29,134 nucleotides of DNA from a virus (lineage: Duplodnaviria > Caudoviricetes). Within the stretch, counting starts at the first letter, position 1. Each line of letters opens with the position of its first letter. Made by a program: the position numbers and the translations under genes. The DNA lies in the IMG/VR virus record IMGVR_UViG_3300048576_000580, positions 1 through 29,134 of that record; one strand, 5' to 3'. This document shows, one piece after another, positions 1-8,640 of this stretch. Below the pieces are notes generated by a model. The model was not told where the DNA came from and did no database searches. It saw nothing but the letters and a program-made list of their open reading frames with translations.

Positions 1-381
1 TTAATCCTTTTTTCGCCGGCCCTTTTTACTGATTTCTACGGCTTGAGTGAGGATTGTAATCTGGCTAAGCTTACCACGCAAAAGTCTATTTTCCTCCTCA
101 AGCCGGTCAATTTCGGCCTGCTTGTTATTGATAACCGGCGGACTTGAATCTTGCGCAGAATCTTCTTCAGATAGTAACCAATCAATACTACATCCAACTT
201 CTTTTAGCTTCTTAAAGAAAGCTCTACCGGGTTCTACTGGGCCATTTATATATCTCGATAAATTTGGCTGTGACATACCTAAAGCCTCAGCTAATTTAGA
301 TACACCTCCAAATTTAGTATTTGCAAAATATTTTAACTTTTCTCCAAAAGTCAATGATAGCCCTTGAAAAAAATATTTCAT
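1..381 (-). CDS. XRE-family HTH prophage repressor with C-terminal coiled coil; no S24 autocleavage domain
   Basis: LAEALGMSQPNLSRYING...SIDWLL motif; divergent from Cro-like gene. Confidence 0.85.
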   Translation of the reverse strand: MKYFFQGLSLTFGEKLKYFANTKFGGVSKLAEALGMSQPNLSRYINGPVEPGRAFFKKLKEVGCSIDWLLSEEDSAQDSSPPVINNKQAEIDRLEEENRLLRGKLSQITILTQAVEISKKGRRKKD

Positions 382-425
382 AAATGGAATATTTTACTTG
401 ACAACATATTCCATATATGATATAT
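373..425. promoter_or_regulatory. Two 20-bp palindromic operators
   Basis: ATATTTCAT-aa-ATGGAATAT (373-392) and ATATTCCAT-at-ATGATATAT (406-425), overlapping the repressor start and the early promoter. Confidence 0.7.
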
Positions 426-426
426 T
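398..426 (+). promoter_or_regulatory. sigma70-type early promoter
   Basis: TTGACA (398-403), 17-bp spacer, TATATT (421-426). Confidence 0.8.
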
Positions 427-432
427 TGAGTT

Positions 433-645
433 ATGAAATTATTACCATTTTTTAACAAAAAAAACGTGTCTATGGAAAACACATTAAAAAAGATTGATAA
501 AAAAATGATCAATCAGTCAGAAATTGCACGCCGGCTCGGCATAAGCCAGGCGTATGTAAATTTAATCCTAAGCGGCCAAAAGAAAAGCAAAAAGTATCTT
601 AAGCTTATTGCTATGGAAATCAATAAAATTAAGAACGTAGCCTAA
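433..645 (+). CDS. Cro/Ner-like HTH regulator (start 433 or 472)
   Basis: NQSEIARRLGISQAYVNLILSG HTH; first gene of the early operon. Confidence 0.8.
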   Translation: MKLLPFFNKKNVSMENTLKKIDKKMINQSEIARRLGISQAYVNLILSGQKKSKKYLKLIAMEINKIKNVA

Positions 646-722
646 AAGGATTTTATGTACACCCGCAATATAAACATCAAACCCCAATTAATCCATTAAA
701 ATTTTTAAGGCAAATTTTAACT

Positions 723-1199
723 ATGAAAAACAGCACTCTTAAAACCTTGCTTTATACAACCATTCACAGAAACAAGAAATCGGTTGCACAGATTGCAGAT
801 GAAACCGGAATCAGCTCAAACTATCTATACCGTGCAGGCTTACCGCTGGACGAATCAGGAGTAAAATTTCCGGTAGATTATCTGCTTCCTTTGATGAATT
901 CCACTAAAGATTTTTCAGTCTTAAAACACCTGGCAAATTTAAGCGGTTTTGTTCTGATAAAGATACCAAGACTTTGCAGAAATAAAGCTGAAGAAATTGA
1001 ACTTGTTGACGAATATCAGCAGGTAACAATTAACGCAGTAAGGCTGCTTAAAGAATTCCTTAATACTCCTAATTCACTCAACTATCAAAAGGCATCGGAT
1101 GCGCTTATGGAAGTAATGACCAAAAGCGCTTATGCTAAAAAAGTGGCCGATAAAACAGTAATCGGACAGCTTGAACTTGACCTTGATATGGAGCAATAA
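723..1199 (+). CDS. Phage regulatory CII-family protein
   Basis: IADETGISSNYLYR...FP...LLPLM..TKDFSVLKHLA pattern resembling 186/HP1 CII-like proteins. Confidence 0.65.
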   Translation: MKNSTLKTLLYTTIHRNKKSVAQIADETGISSNYLYRAGLPLDESGVKFPVDYLLPLMNSTKDFSVLKHLANLSGFVLIKIPRLCRNKAEEIELVDEYQQVTINAVRLLKEFLNTPNSLNYQKASDALMEVMTKSAYAKKVADKTVIGQLELDLDMEQ

Positions 1200-1200
1200 A

Positions 1201-3087
1201 ATGCTATCACTTGATGAATATGTATTAAGCAATAATATAAGCAGAGCAACTGCTTACAGGAATTTCCAAAAGAACAACATTCCAACGGTTAATATTAACG
1301 GCAGAACCTTTATTGTACAGCCGGAAAACTTCACTTCAATCCTTGCAGATCCGCGGCAGTTGAAAGCCCTAATAAGCAACATTAAGAAAGAGCTTAATAC
1401 ACTTATTGCAAAGGCCCAAAATAATGAATCTGCCAGGGCAGATGCAATTGAGCTAATCCAAAAGGAAATTGAACGCTGGGCTTCACGCGGAGTTAAGATA
1501 ACCGGCTATTCCGCAAAGTCTGTTTACCGGAAAATAAACAAGGGTAAAGAAGCCTTTCAACGTAAGACCCGCAATGATAAGCACTGCTATAAAAACAATA
1601 TCCTTAAAGATACGCTTGAAAATAAAATTCTCCCTTTGGCAGCTCATATATACATTACCAAGGCAATTCACAATATCAATTTGGTTTGTGACGAAGTACT
1701 AATGTATGCCAAAACAGATGAAGACTATTGGGAAGTTGCGGCCGTTCCGAAAGCTACTCTTTACAGAGCTTTAAGGACAGAGTTTTTTGAACGCGGGTTA
1801 GCTGAAAAGCATAAATACTTAAACCATTATAACCTGTGGAAAAATCAGCGGGCATATACAACCGGCGCTTTTACTTCTTCTATTAAATTTATGGACTACA
1901 TCTTTGGTGATGACCATAAAAAGGATATAGCCGGGGCCCTGGTATGGAATGAAAAGCTTGGAAAGTTTGAAACCCTGCAAGTAAACAGTTGGTTCTGGAT
2001 TGAAGCTAAAACGCAGGAAGTTTTAAGCTATGTAATAAAATCAGGTTCGCTTACGGCTGACGATGTAATTACTTCTTTAATGGCTGCGCTGCGCAAATCA
2101 GGCGCGCCCAACACCGGTATAATTGTAGATAACGGAATTGGCGCCAGTGAAGAAGTTAAAGAGTTCTGCCGGCGTTTGGAAATAGAACTTATTCTCGGCC
2201 GTCCATATACTCCAACGGATAAGGCCACAATTGAACGCTGTTTTCAGTACATCAAAACGGAACACGATGTTGAACTTGCAAACTTTGTGGGCAGTAAGCA
2301 TAATACTGAAGGCAGGCACACCGGCCTTTCAATGAGTCCTGAGCAAACCACAATTTTATTTGAAGAATATACAAAGCGCCTTTCCTCATACATAAATGGG
2401 ATGTACCGCACCCGCCCGCGCCAGAGGGTAACAGACGGCCAGGCGCAGACAATTTCCATAGGTGATTATTATGACCGGTATATGACAAATTATAATATAG
2501 ACCGAATTTCAGACCGTCAATTGAGATATGCATATGCGCACGAAAAGGATGTTTTATTTGTAAACAAGATTTCCTTCAAGCACAAAGGCGTATTACATAC
2601 CTTTATTCCTGCAACGGCTTTAGGGGTTGTGTATAACAACCGCAGATATATAATTATGTGGAACCCAAATGACCTGAAAGAAATTGATGTTTATTGCAAA
2701 GATGAAATCCTAAACCGTTATACCGGGGAAATACACGAAAAAGGCAGTTACTTAACAACAATGTATAACATTGCTCTAAGCCCTTCCAAACAGTTAATGG
2801 TTGCAAATTATAACAAGGAATGTGAGAAAGCAGTACGTGAGCTTGCTTTTGCAATGGTAGATAAAGACGTAACAAATACAATTAACAATTCCGGCAATAT
2901 AGTCAATGTCCGCAAAGATATGATTAAAGAAACCGTTAACATTATTAAACAGGAACTGCCTGTTGAAAAAATTAAAATTGCACAAGACAAAATTCAAAAG
3001 GGAGAGGAAATATATTCAGAGCTTACTTTTACACAGGATGCAGAAACTGAAGAAGAAAGCTCATTAACCTTTGAAGACGAAGCTTAA
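1201..3087 (+). CDS. MuA-like DDE transposase
   Basis: N-terminal HTH; S.KSVYR..RKTRND DNA-binding region; catalytic FGDDH / IVDNG / KATIERCF; GGAG RBS before ATG 1201. Confidence 0.9.
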   Translation: MLSLDEYVLSNNISRATAYRNFQKNNIPTVNINGRTFIVQPENFTSILADPRQLKALISNIKKELNTLIAKAQNNESARADAIELIQKEIERWASRGVKITGYSAKSVYRKINKGKEAFQRKTRNDKHCYKNNILKDTLENKILPLAAHIYITKAIHNINLVCDEVLMYAKTDEDYWEVAAVPKATLYRALRTEFFERGLAEKHKYLNHYNLWKNQRAYTTGAFTSSIKFMDYIFGDDHKKDIAGALVWNEKLGKFETLQVNSWFWIEAKTQEVLSYVIKSGSLTADDVITSLMAALRKSGAPNTGIIVDNGIGASEEVKEFCRRLEIELILGRPYTPTDKATIERCFQYIKTEHDVELANFVGSKHNTEGRHTGLSMSPEQTTILFEEYTKRLSSYINGMYRTRPRQRVTDGQAQTISIGDYYDRYMTNYNIDRISDRQLRYAYAHEKDVLFVNKISFKHKGVLHTFIPATALGVVYNNRRYIIMWNPNDLKEIDVYCKDEILNRYTGEIHEKGSYLTTMYNIALSPSKQLMVANYNKECEKAVRELAFAMVDKDVTNTINNSGNIVNVRKDMIKETVNIIKQELPVEKIKIAQDKIQKGEEIYSELTFTQDAETEEESSLTFEDEA

Positions 3088-3121
3088 ATAAATGTTCAAT
3101 TATAAAAATAAGGAGTTAACT

Positions 3122-3478
3122 ATGGCAACTAATGAAGCTCTATCAGACGTTTTAATTTATCCAACAGTTAAAACAATCAAGAACAAAAGTGACAGAGATA
3201 TTATCCTAACTGAAATCCGTTCCTCTCAAATGCAGATTTCACAGATAATAGACTCAGAACGCCTGGCAAAAGATGAAATAAAAAAAATAAATAATCTGAT
3301 AAAAGCCAGCAAAGAAGCAAAAAAAATGAAAGAACTTAAAGTGCAGATTAAGAAGAACCGCATTCTTGTTGACCAGCTTCTTAATGAACGTACCGGGATG
3401 CTTAAATTAGCTAAGAAGCTAAATATTGACGTTACTGAAGACGTTAAAAACATTAGACAGATTGAAGCTAATGTATAA
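3122..3478 (+). CDS. Coiled-coil hypothetical protein in the usual MuB position
   Basis: AAGGAG RBS before ATG 3122; Lys-rich helical; no Walker A. Confidence 0.7.
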   Translation: MATNEALSDVLIYPTVKTIKNKSDRDIILTEIRSSQMQISQIIDSERLAKDEIKKINNLIKASKEAKKMKELKVQIKKNRILVDQLLNERTGMLKLAKKLNIDVTEDVKNIRQIEANV

Positions 3479-3998
3479 AGGATTTAAGACATACCGCCAT
3501 TACATAAATGCCCGGTTACATACCTATTCCCGGGGTATAACCGGAGATGATACTGCATTGCGGGAAAACGTTGCAGGAATACTTAAAGAACGCGGTGTTG
3601 AAGGTAACTCAGTAAAATTATTAACAGATAAAGAAGCTGAGTTGCTGTTAAAAGAGTTTGGCCGCATAATGCAGAAAATTTATAAAAATCAGGAAGTAAT
3701 TGATAAAATAATTGGCACTGAAAAAATGATGACCCCACGTCAGAAAGCGGCAATACTTAAGATAGCGAAATATATTTTCAAGTGGGCAGCGCCGGCTACT
3801 TTTTCATTTATCCTTGAAACTTTTCCCAAATACCGTGAAAAACTTTCTCCTTGGGAAATAAAAAATAGCAAGCTTCGCAAATTGTACACTCTGTTAACTT
3901 GCGAGGATGCAGACCTAATAATAAAGAAGCTCGATAAAATACAGGAACGTAACAAAAGCAAATTAAAAGAAAGGCTTACAAATGAGTCTGAAAGTTAA
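3471..3998 (+). CDS. GemA/DUF1018 (Mu gp16)-like protein
   Basis: DDTALRE...SVKLLTDKEA, TPRQKAAI and LTCEDADLIIKKL resemble GemA motifs; start overlaps upstream stop. Confidence 0.55.
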   Translation: MYKGFKTYRHYINARLHTYSRGITGDDTALRENVAGILKERGVEGNSVKLLTDKEAELLLKEFGRIMQKIYKNQEVIDKIIGTEKMMTPRQKAAILKIAKYIFKWAAPATFSFILETFPKYREKLSPWEIKNSKLRKLYTLLTCEDADLIIKKLDKIQERNKSKLKERLTNESES

Positions 3999-4350
3999 CC
4001 TTATTCCGACAACTGAATATACTGAAGTCAGTACACCGGCAATAGCTCTTATACATTCTGATAGTCTTAGACTTATTAGGAAAAATATTTATCAGTGTAA
4101 TTTCACAGACGGTACACTTGCAAATATAGCAAGCTGTTACGCTGCCGCAACTGATGAAAAAACCCGGTTGGAATTGAGCAGCAAATTAGTGACTAAAGAC
4201 TGTGATAGGTGCTTCCAAGTCCAGACCCATTCCGGGCAGGTTGTAATTGACCGGATAATGGATCTTGCAAGGGCCGGTGCTTTAATCTGTTGCGAAATTG
4301 AACGTCTTCAGGGCGTTTATTTATCATCAAATGATAAAGACAATGGCTAA
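3982..4350 (+). CDS. Conserved phage hypothetical protein
   Basis: GTLANIASCYA and DLARAGALICCEIERL match a common phage family pattern (LA.AAACYA / LVKAGALI.AEIERL). Confidence 0.65.
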   Translation: MSLKVNLIPTTEYTEVSTPAIALIHSDSLRLIRKNIYQCNFTDGTLANIASCYAAATDEKTRLELSSKLVTKDCDRCFQVQTHSGQVVIDRIMDLARAGALICCEIERLQGVYLSSNDKDNG

Positions 4351-4582
4351 ACCGAAAACACAAAATAAAGAAGTATGGCTTGATGCTGTTGTAGATGAAG
4401 CAAGAGCCGCATATCCCGGATACAATACAGAAACCTGCTGCCGGATGTATTACACAATAGTAAAGGCCATTTATTCAGCAGGGCGCAGGCCGGAGGATTA
4501 CTACAAACTTATGCTTTTAAGTTTATTTCTGCCTGAAGAACAAAGGGAAAAAGAGATTAAACAGGTAATAACACTTAATTAA
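4343..4582 (+). CDS. Hypothetical protein
   Basis: ORF coupled to upstream stop; ATG 4343. Confidence 0.6.
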   Translation: MAKPKTQNKEVWLDAVVDEARAAYPGYNTETCCRMYYTIVKAIYSAGRRPEDYYKLMLLSLFLPEEQREKEIKQVITLN

Positions 4583-4588
4583 ATAACG

Positions 4589-4608
4589 GGGCCGGTTAAG
4601 CCCGGCCC
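4589..4608. other. GC-rich intergenic hairpin
   Basis: GGGCCGG-ttaagc-CCGGCCC; no U-tract on the + strand. Confidence 0.6.
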
Positions 4609-4637
4609 AAAACTTACAATATCAAAAGGAGTAACTA

Positions 4638-5119
4638 ATGGTTAAAAGTTATGAAGACGCTAACCAGGCATTAATGGAAATGATTGATGCCAAAACAGTA
4701 ATTAAAAAGCACGAAACCATTCTGAATAAAGTAATTACTGCCGCACGTAACAAATTTGAGAAAAATACTTCTGAAGCTCAAAAGCAGATTAAACGGCTTG
4801 AAGAAGACGTTGCTGATTTCTGTAAATTGAACAAAATTGACTTTGAGCAGGTAAGGTCTAAAAAACTTACATTTGGTACAATCGGTTACAGAAAAGGAAC
4901 GGCAAATTTGTTCTGCTTAAAAAGATAACCTGGAAGGATGTTCTTAAAAATATTAAAGAGTCATTCCCGGGTAAATTTATTCGTGAAAAAGTTGAAGTTG
5001 ACAAAGATGCTCTTATGACTTCATTTGAAAAAGAAGAAGTAAGCAAAGGGCAGCTTACAAACCTGGGTGTTAGTGTTGAAAAAGAAGACCAGTTCTATAT
5101 TGACCTAAACGAATCATAA
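4638..5119 (+). pseudogene. gam: Mu Gam-like host-nuclease inhibitor, split by a -1 frameshift near 4900
   Basis: RSKKLTFGTIGYRKG, then in the -1 frame GKFVLLKKITWKDVL...IREKVEVDKDAL...LGVSVEKEDQFYID to TAA 5119; about 160 aa joined. Confidence 0.85.
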
Positions 5120-5178
5120 TCACTAAACAACTAACCGGTGCACCGGGTAAAGGTGCACCAATATTTATGGAGGCAACA

Positions 5179-5409
5179 ATGGATAATCCAGCTAAAGAAG
5201 AACTATTACAGGATAAACGCATAGTATTTAATGCCATTAAAAAACTTGAGGTTTGTACTGACAGCGAAGTAAGCAATGAAACCGGATTTGAAAAGACAAG
5301 AGTTCACCAGATTGTAAAAAGAATAAACCGCGAAGGTTATTTTATTGATGTAAAGAAAATATTCACTAAGGGCCGGGTGGTTTATAATTATTACACAGTT
5401 AAACATTAA
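5179..5409 (+). CDS. Winged-helix DNA-binding protein
   Basis: GGAGG RBS; VFNAIKK...TDSEVSNETGFEKTRVHQIVKRI.REGY plus beta wing. Confidence 0.7.
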   Translation: MDNPAKEELLQDKRIVFNAIKKLEVCTDSEVSNETGFEKTRVHQIVKRINREGYFIDVKKIFTKGRVVYNYYTVKH

Positions 5410-5437
5410 CAATATATAATAGCAAAGGAGAAATGAA

Positions 5438-5824
5438 ATGATTAGAGTAATATTTTTCTGTGACCCTATAAATGATGATTTTGATAATTTGGATTCAATT
5501 AAAAATGAATTTGAGAAAATGGCAATAACATTTAATAGTTTCAGTTTTAAGCAAGTTGAATTACCTCCCAATGTTCAAGATTATGATATATTGTTATTTG
5601 ATGGGGGTGGTTCTTCAATGGGCAATTCTTTTATGTGGGATTACTGCAATGATATTATTGATATGGCTAGGGATAACCCAAGCAAGATATTTATTATGCA
5701 AAGTGCATTTACCTCGCAAGCAATGCAGGACTGCTTAGACAGTCTAAACAGAGAAATTGACCCTAAGCCTATAAATATTTTTCTTACTATACAAGATGCT
5801 AAACAACAAATTGAATCGTTATAA
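5438..5824 (+). CDS. Receiver (REC)-like alpha/beta protein
   Basis: RVIFFCD, YDILLFD and IFIMQSAF spaced like REC strands 1, 3 and 4; AT-rich. Confidence 0.5.
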   Translation: MIRVIFFCDPINDDFDNLDSIKNEFEKMAITFNSFSFKQVELPPNVQDYDILLFDGGGSSMGNSFMWDYCNDIIDMARDNPSKIFIMQSAFTSQAMQDCLDSLNREIDPKPINIFLTIQDAKQQIESL

Positions 5825-5869
5825 ATAAACAATCAAATAATTAACATTTACTACTAACATTCTTACATT

Positions 5870-6172
5870 ATGAAAAACAAAGACGTAGCAAAAATAATAG
5901 GTAAAAGCCCGGCGTATGTATCAATGGCCGTTTCAGGTAAATTAGATCCAGGCGAAGGTATGCTTGAACGGATAAGCGGCTTAGTAGGATTTGAAGATAA
6001 TTTAACCGAGTTGTTTACCACACCGGAATTTCTTGAAATGTGCGATGTGGCTATAAATAAAGCCAGAGCCGGGAAGATCCGCGAGTTTGCAAGTATCTGC
6101 AAACATACTTCAGTTATCCTGCAAAAAAAGATAGTTAAAAAAGAGTACGAAAAAGAAGCAGCTAATAATTAA
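5870..6172 (+). CDS. HTH protein, possible truncated MuB relic
   Basis: KDVAKIIGKSPAYVSMAVSGK HTH followed by LFTTPEF...; no intact P-loop. Confidence 0.6.
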   Translation: MKNKDVAKIIGKSPAYVSMAVSGKLDPGEGMLERISGLVGFEDNLTELFTTPEFLEMCDVAINKARAGKIREFASICKHTSVILQKKIVKKEYEKEAANN

Positions 6173-6185
6173 GGAGGGTTAAGAA

Positions 6186-6401
6186 ATGATTTGCCCATAT
6201 TGCAAAACAGAATCACCAACCTTTACCGGCGAAAAAATACAGCAGGTAATAAAAACCATAATTCATAAAACCTGCCGTATCAGATACATATACTGTAAAG
6301 AATGTAAACAAGTATTCAGTACAAATGAAACCTTGTACGAGTACAACCGGGATATAGATATAAATATCAAGACCCCGGATTTATTTGACGATGCAAATTA
6401 A
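6186..6401 (+). CDS. Zinc-ribbon protein (Ogr/Delta- or NrdR-N-like)
   Basis: CPYC...CKEC..FSTNE; AAGGAGG RBS. Confidence 0.7.
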   Translation: MICPYCKTESPTFTGEKIQQVIKTIIHKTCRIRYIYCKECKQVFSTNETLYEYNRDIDINIKTPDLFDDAN

Positions 6402-7828
6402 TATCTTGAAGGCCTTTGAGCCGTCCCGAAGGCCTCTTCTCCCTCCGCGCTGTACAGCAAAGGTTTAGTATTCCACAAGGCATAATCCCCGGCATCGCTT
6501 AAGTGAGTTCTGTCTCCCTTGCTCTTATCAACAAAAAAGCCGTCCGCTCCTTTTTTCCAAATAACAAGTTCACGGTCTTTTATGCTTTCCTTACATTCAG
6601 TTGAAATTAGAAAGCATCCCTTTTCAAACTGCTTGTTTACATAATTGACCCTGTCTCTAACAGCCGGGTTTTCAGTTGGAAGGCAAAAGCAATAAGGTAT
6701 GTTGCAGTCCAGGAACAAATCACGGATAATATCATAATCAGATTGTGCGCTGCGTGTATCCCGTCTTTTACCTGAAGCATCGCCGGTAATAATAATGCTT
6801 TTACCAAAATTGTATTTATCAATATAGCTGTTTATGTAAACAGCTGCCAACTGTGCAACCTCGGCAGTATTGGAGTTGTGCACCTTAAAATCTTTTATTT
6901 CAGTATATACCAAGCCCTTCAAGCCGATTAAGACCGCACACATCGGATCAACGTTAAAATCAAAGCTCAATATAAGCTCACTAAAGCCCATATCAATACT
7001 TAAGCTTTCGGCCTTGCAGTTATCATCAAACCTGTGATATAATTTAGTGCCGGTTAAAATTCGATATTTACCCTTCATATATACTTCACGGGTTGCAGCA
7101 TCAAACTTGTTTTCAAGGTCGCGGATAAATGCTTTAGGGAGGTAAGTATTATCATAAGTACTTAAGGTTGTGGTAAACAAATCCTTAGTATTAGAATCTT
7201 TTTCAAAATATTCCTCTCCCCATTCCATTGTTTCGGGTTCCGGGGTTCCAGACCAAAAGAACTGCTGACGCGCAGCTCTGGGCTCCCTTATACGGGATAT
7301 TACAACATCGTGGGCCTCACTACTTTGAACAAAGGGTTCGTCCATTCCGGCGGCTGCCACTGTCGGGCCCTTAAGATATTTAGGCTTGTCACTTCCCCTA
7401 ATCCATATCCGGGCAATATCCTTTTGCGAAGTACCGAATACAAGCCGGAATAGACCCTTGCTTTCAACCCAGTCATATTCAATATTGTTCTCATCGCAAA
7501 GAAGCATAAGCTTTTCAACTACAGTATCCACTGCATTATCAAAACTTTGCGATACCGATAAAACCGGATGCGGACGGTTGATAAAAGCCATATGTATTGC
7601 CTCTGCTGCATAAGCATAGGTCTTACCGCTGCCGTACCCGCCCTTTAGACCTTTTTCACGCGCCTGGCTGTTGTGGAAGGCTTTCTGGTTATCATTAGGC
7701 TTATAGTTGGGCAGCAGTGTATTTAAGCTTATAAGTAAGCTTTTGCCCGTTAGTTTTTTGGACTGAAGGAACTTTTCTTTCCTTTCCTCAATCAGTGCCT
7801 GTTCCAAAAGTGTCAGTTTCTTTCTCAT
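6398..7828 (-). CDS. terL: Terminase large subunit
   Basis: Walker A GGYGSGKT, Walker B AAGMDE, motif III SGTPE, nuclease LSFDFNVDPM and HLSDAGDY. Confidence 0.92.
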   Translation of the reverse strand: MRKKLTLLEQALIEERKEKFLQSKKLTGKSLLISLNTLLPNYKPNDNQKAFHNSQAREKGLKGGYGSGKTYAYAAEAIHMAFINRPHPVLSVSQSFDNAVDTVVEKLMLLCDENNIEYDWVESKGLFRLVFGTSQKDIARIWIRGSDKPKYLKGPTVAAAGMDEPFVQSSEAHDVVISRIREPRAARQQFFWSGTPEPETMEWGEEYFEKDSNTKDLFTTTLSTYDNTYLPKAFIRDLENKFDAATREVYMKGKYRILTGTKLYHRFDDNCKAESLSIDMGFSELILSFDFNVDPMCAVLIGLKGLVYTEIKDFKVHNSNTAEVAQLAAVYINSYIDKYNFGKSIIITGDASGKRRDTRSAQSDYDIIRDLFLDCNIPYCFCLPTENPAVRDRVNYVNKQFEKGCFLISTECKESIKDRELVIWKKGADGFFVDKSKGDRTHLSDAGDYALWNTKPLLYSAEGEEAFGTAQRPSRY

Positions 7829-8640
7829 TCTTCAACCGTCGTATGTTTTTTAATTAAAGAAACAAGTTCGCTTGTAGTAATGGCCGGCTTAAGTTCACGT
7901 ACAATTTTTTGAAGCACTTTGAAATCGGCAGAGGTTTCAACATCAACCTTCATTCTGTCGTGCATACGTGTTAAAGCTTCACACGCCTTCAGATCCCCGG
8001 ACTCCTTGGCCAATGAAATTTGTTTTTCCATTAGCTGAAGTATCATATGTTCCCGCAACTCGTCACGGTCGAGAGACAATTTATTATTATTTGAAAACTG
8101 TTCCCGGTTGTACGCGTTGGATATTATCATAATAATATCATTTATATCCTCTTTATTCACGGTAAATGAGAAATTATTATATTTTAATTTAATTCCCTTG
8201 TCAGGTGCAATTAAATCATATTCAAAAAATTGTTCCAGGAATTCCCGGATGTTTTTACCGAAAACAGATTTAACATTATCAGTAACAGGCGCAGCTTTAA
8301 CCTTATCAATAATCTTAGTTATTTTGCGCCCGGATACTTTTTTGCCGGTCTTTGCCATTAGTACCTCTTTTGTTTTTTTTATATTATGGCCAGCTGAAAG
8401 CAGTTCGCCGGCAATGGCCAGTTCTTTGGCCTTAACCGGTGTTTTATCCTTACCCTGGTCTTTGCGTGTTTTACGCAGGCCCGGAACCCGTTTACACATA
8501 TCACGGTAAACGGTCTTTTCAGAAACACTATGTTCGTTGCAAACGGTTATCATAAAAGCTTTGTAGGCGGCTTTATCCCTAATTTTTAAGCTCTTTAATT
8601 TTTTGATATCCAACTCATATTGATTACCGCGATATTTCAT
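7825..8640 (-). CDS. Putative terminase small subunit / DNA-binding protein with transposase-like N-terminal domain
   Basis: Overlaps terL start by 4 bp; SEKTVYR...RKTRKD and HNI...EVLMAKT match the transposase; helical C-terminus. Confidence 0.6.
   Translation of the reverse strand: MKYRGNQYELDIKKLKSLKIRDKAAYKAFMITVCNEHSVSEKTVYRDMCKRVPGLRKTRKDQGKDKTPVKAKELAIAGELLSAGHNIKKTKEVLMAKTGKKVSGRKITKIIDKVKAAPVTDNVKSVFGKNIREFLEQFFEYDLIAPDKGIKLKYNNFSFTVNKEDINDIIMIISNAYNREQFSNNNKLSLDRDELREHMILQLMEKQISLAKESGDLKACEALTRMHDRMKVDVETSADFKVLQKIVRELKPAITTSELVSLIKKHTTVEE

Noticed and set aside
4638-5119. Stop-codon reassignment explaining split genes
   Set aside because: The gam break is a frame change, and long genes are open in the standard code
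4754-5520. Inverted partial end motifs ATTTGAGAAAA near 4754 and 5509 (also TATTTGAG at 423-430)
   Set aside because: Lack the GCGTGA half; the two coding matches are explained by Phe-Glu-Lys codons
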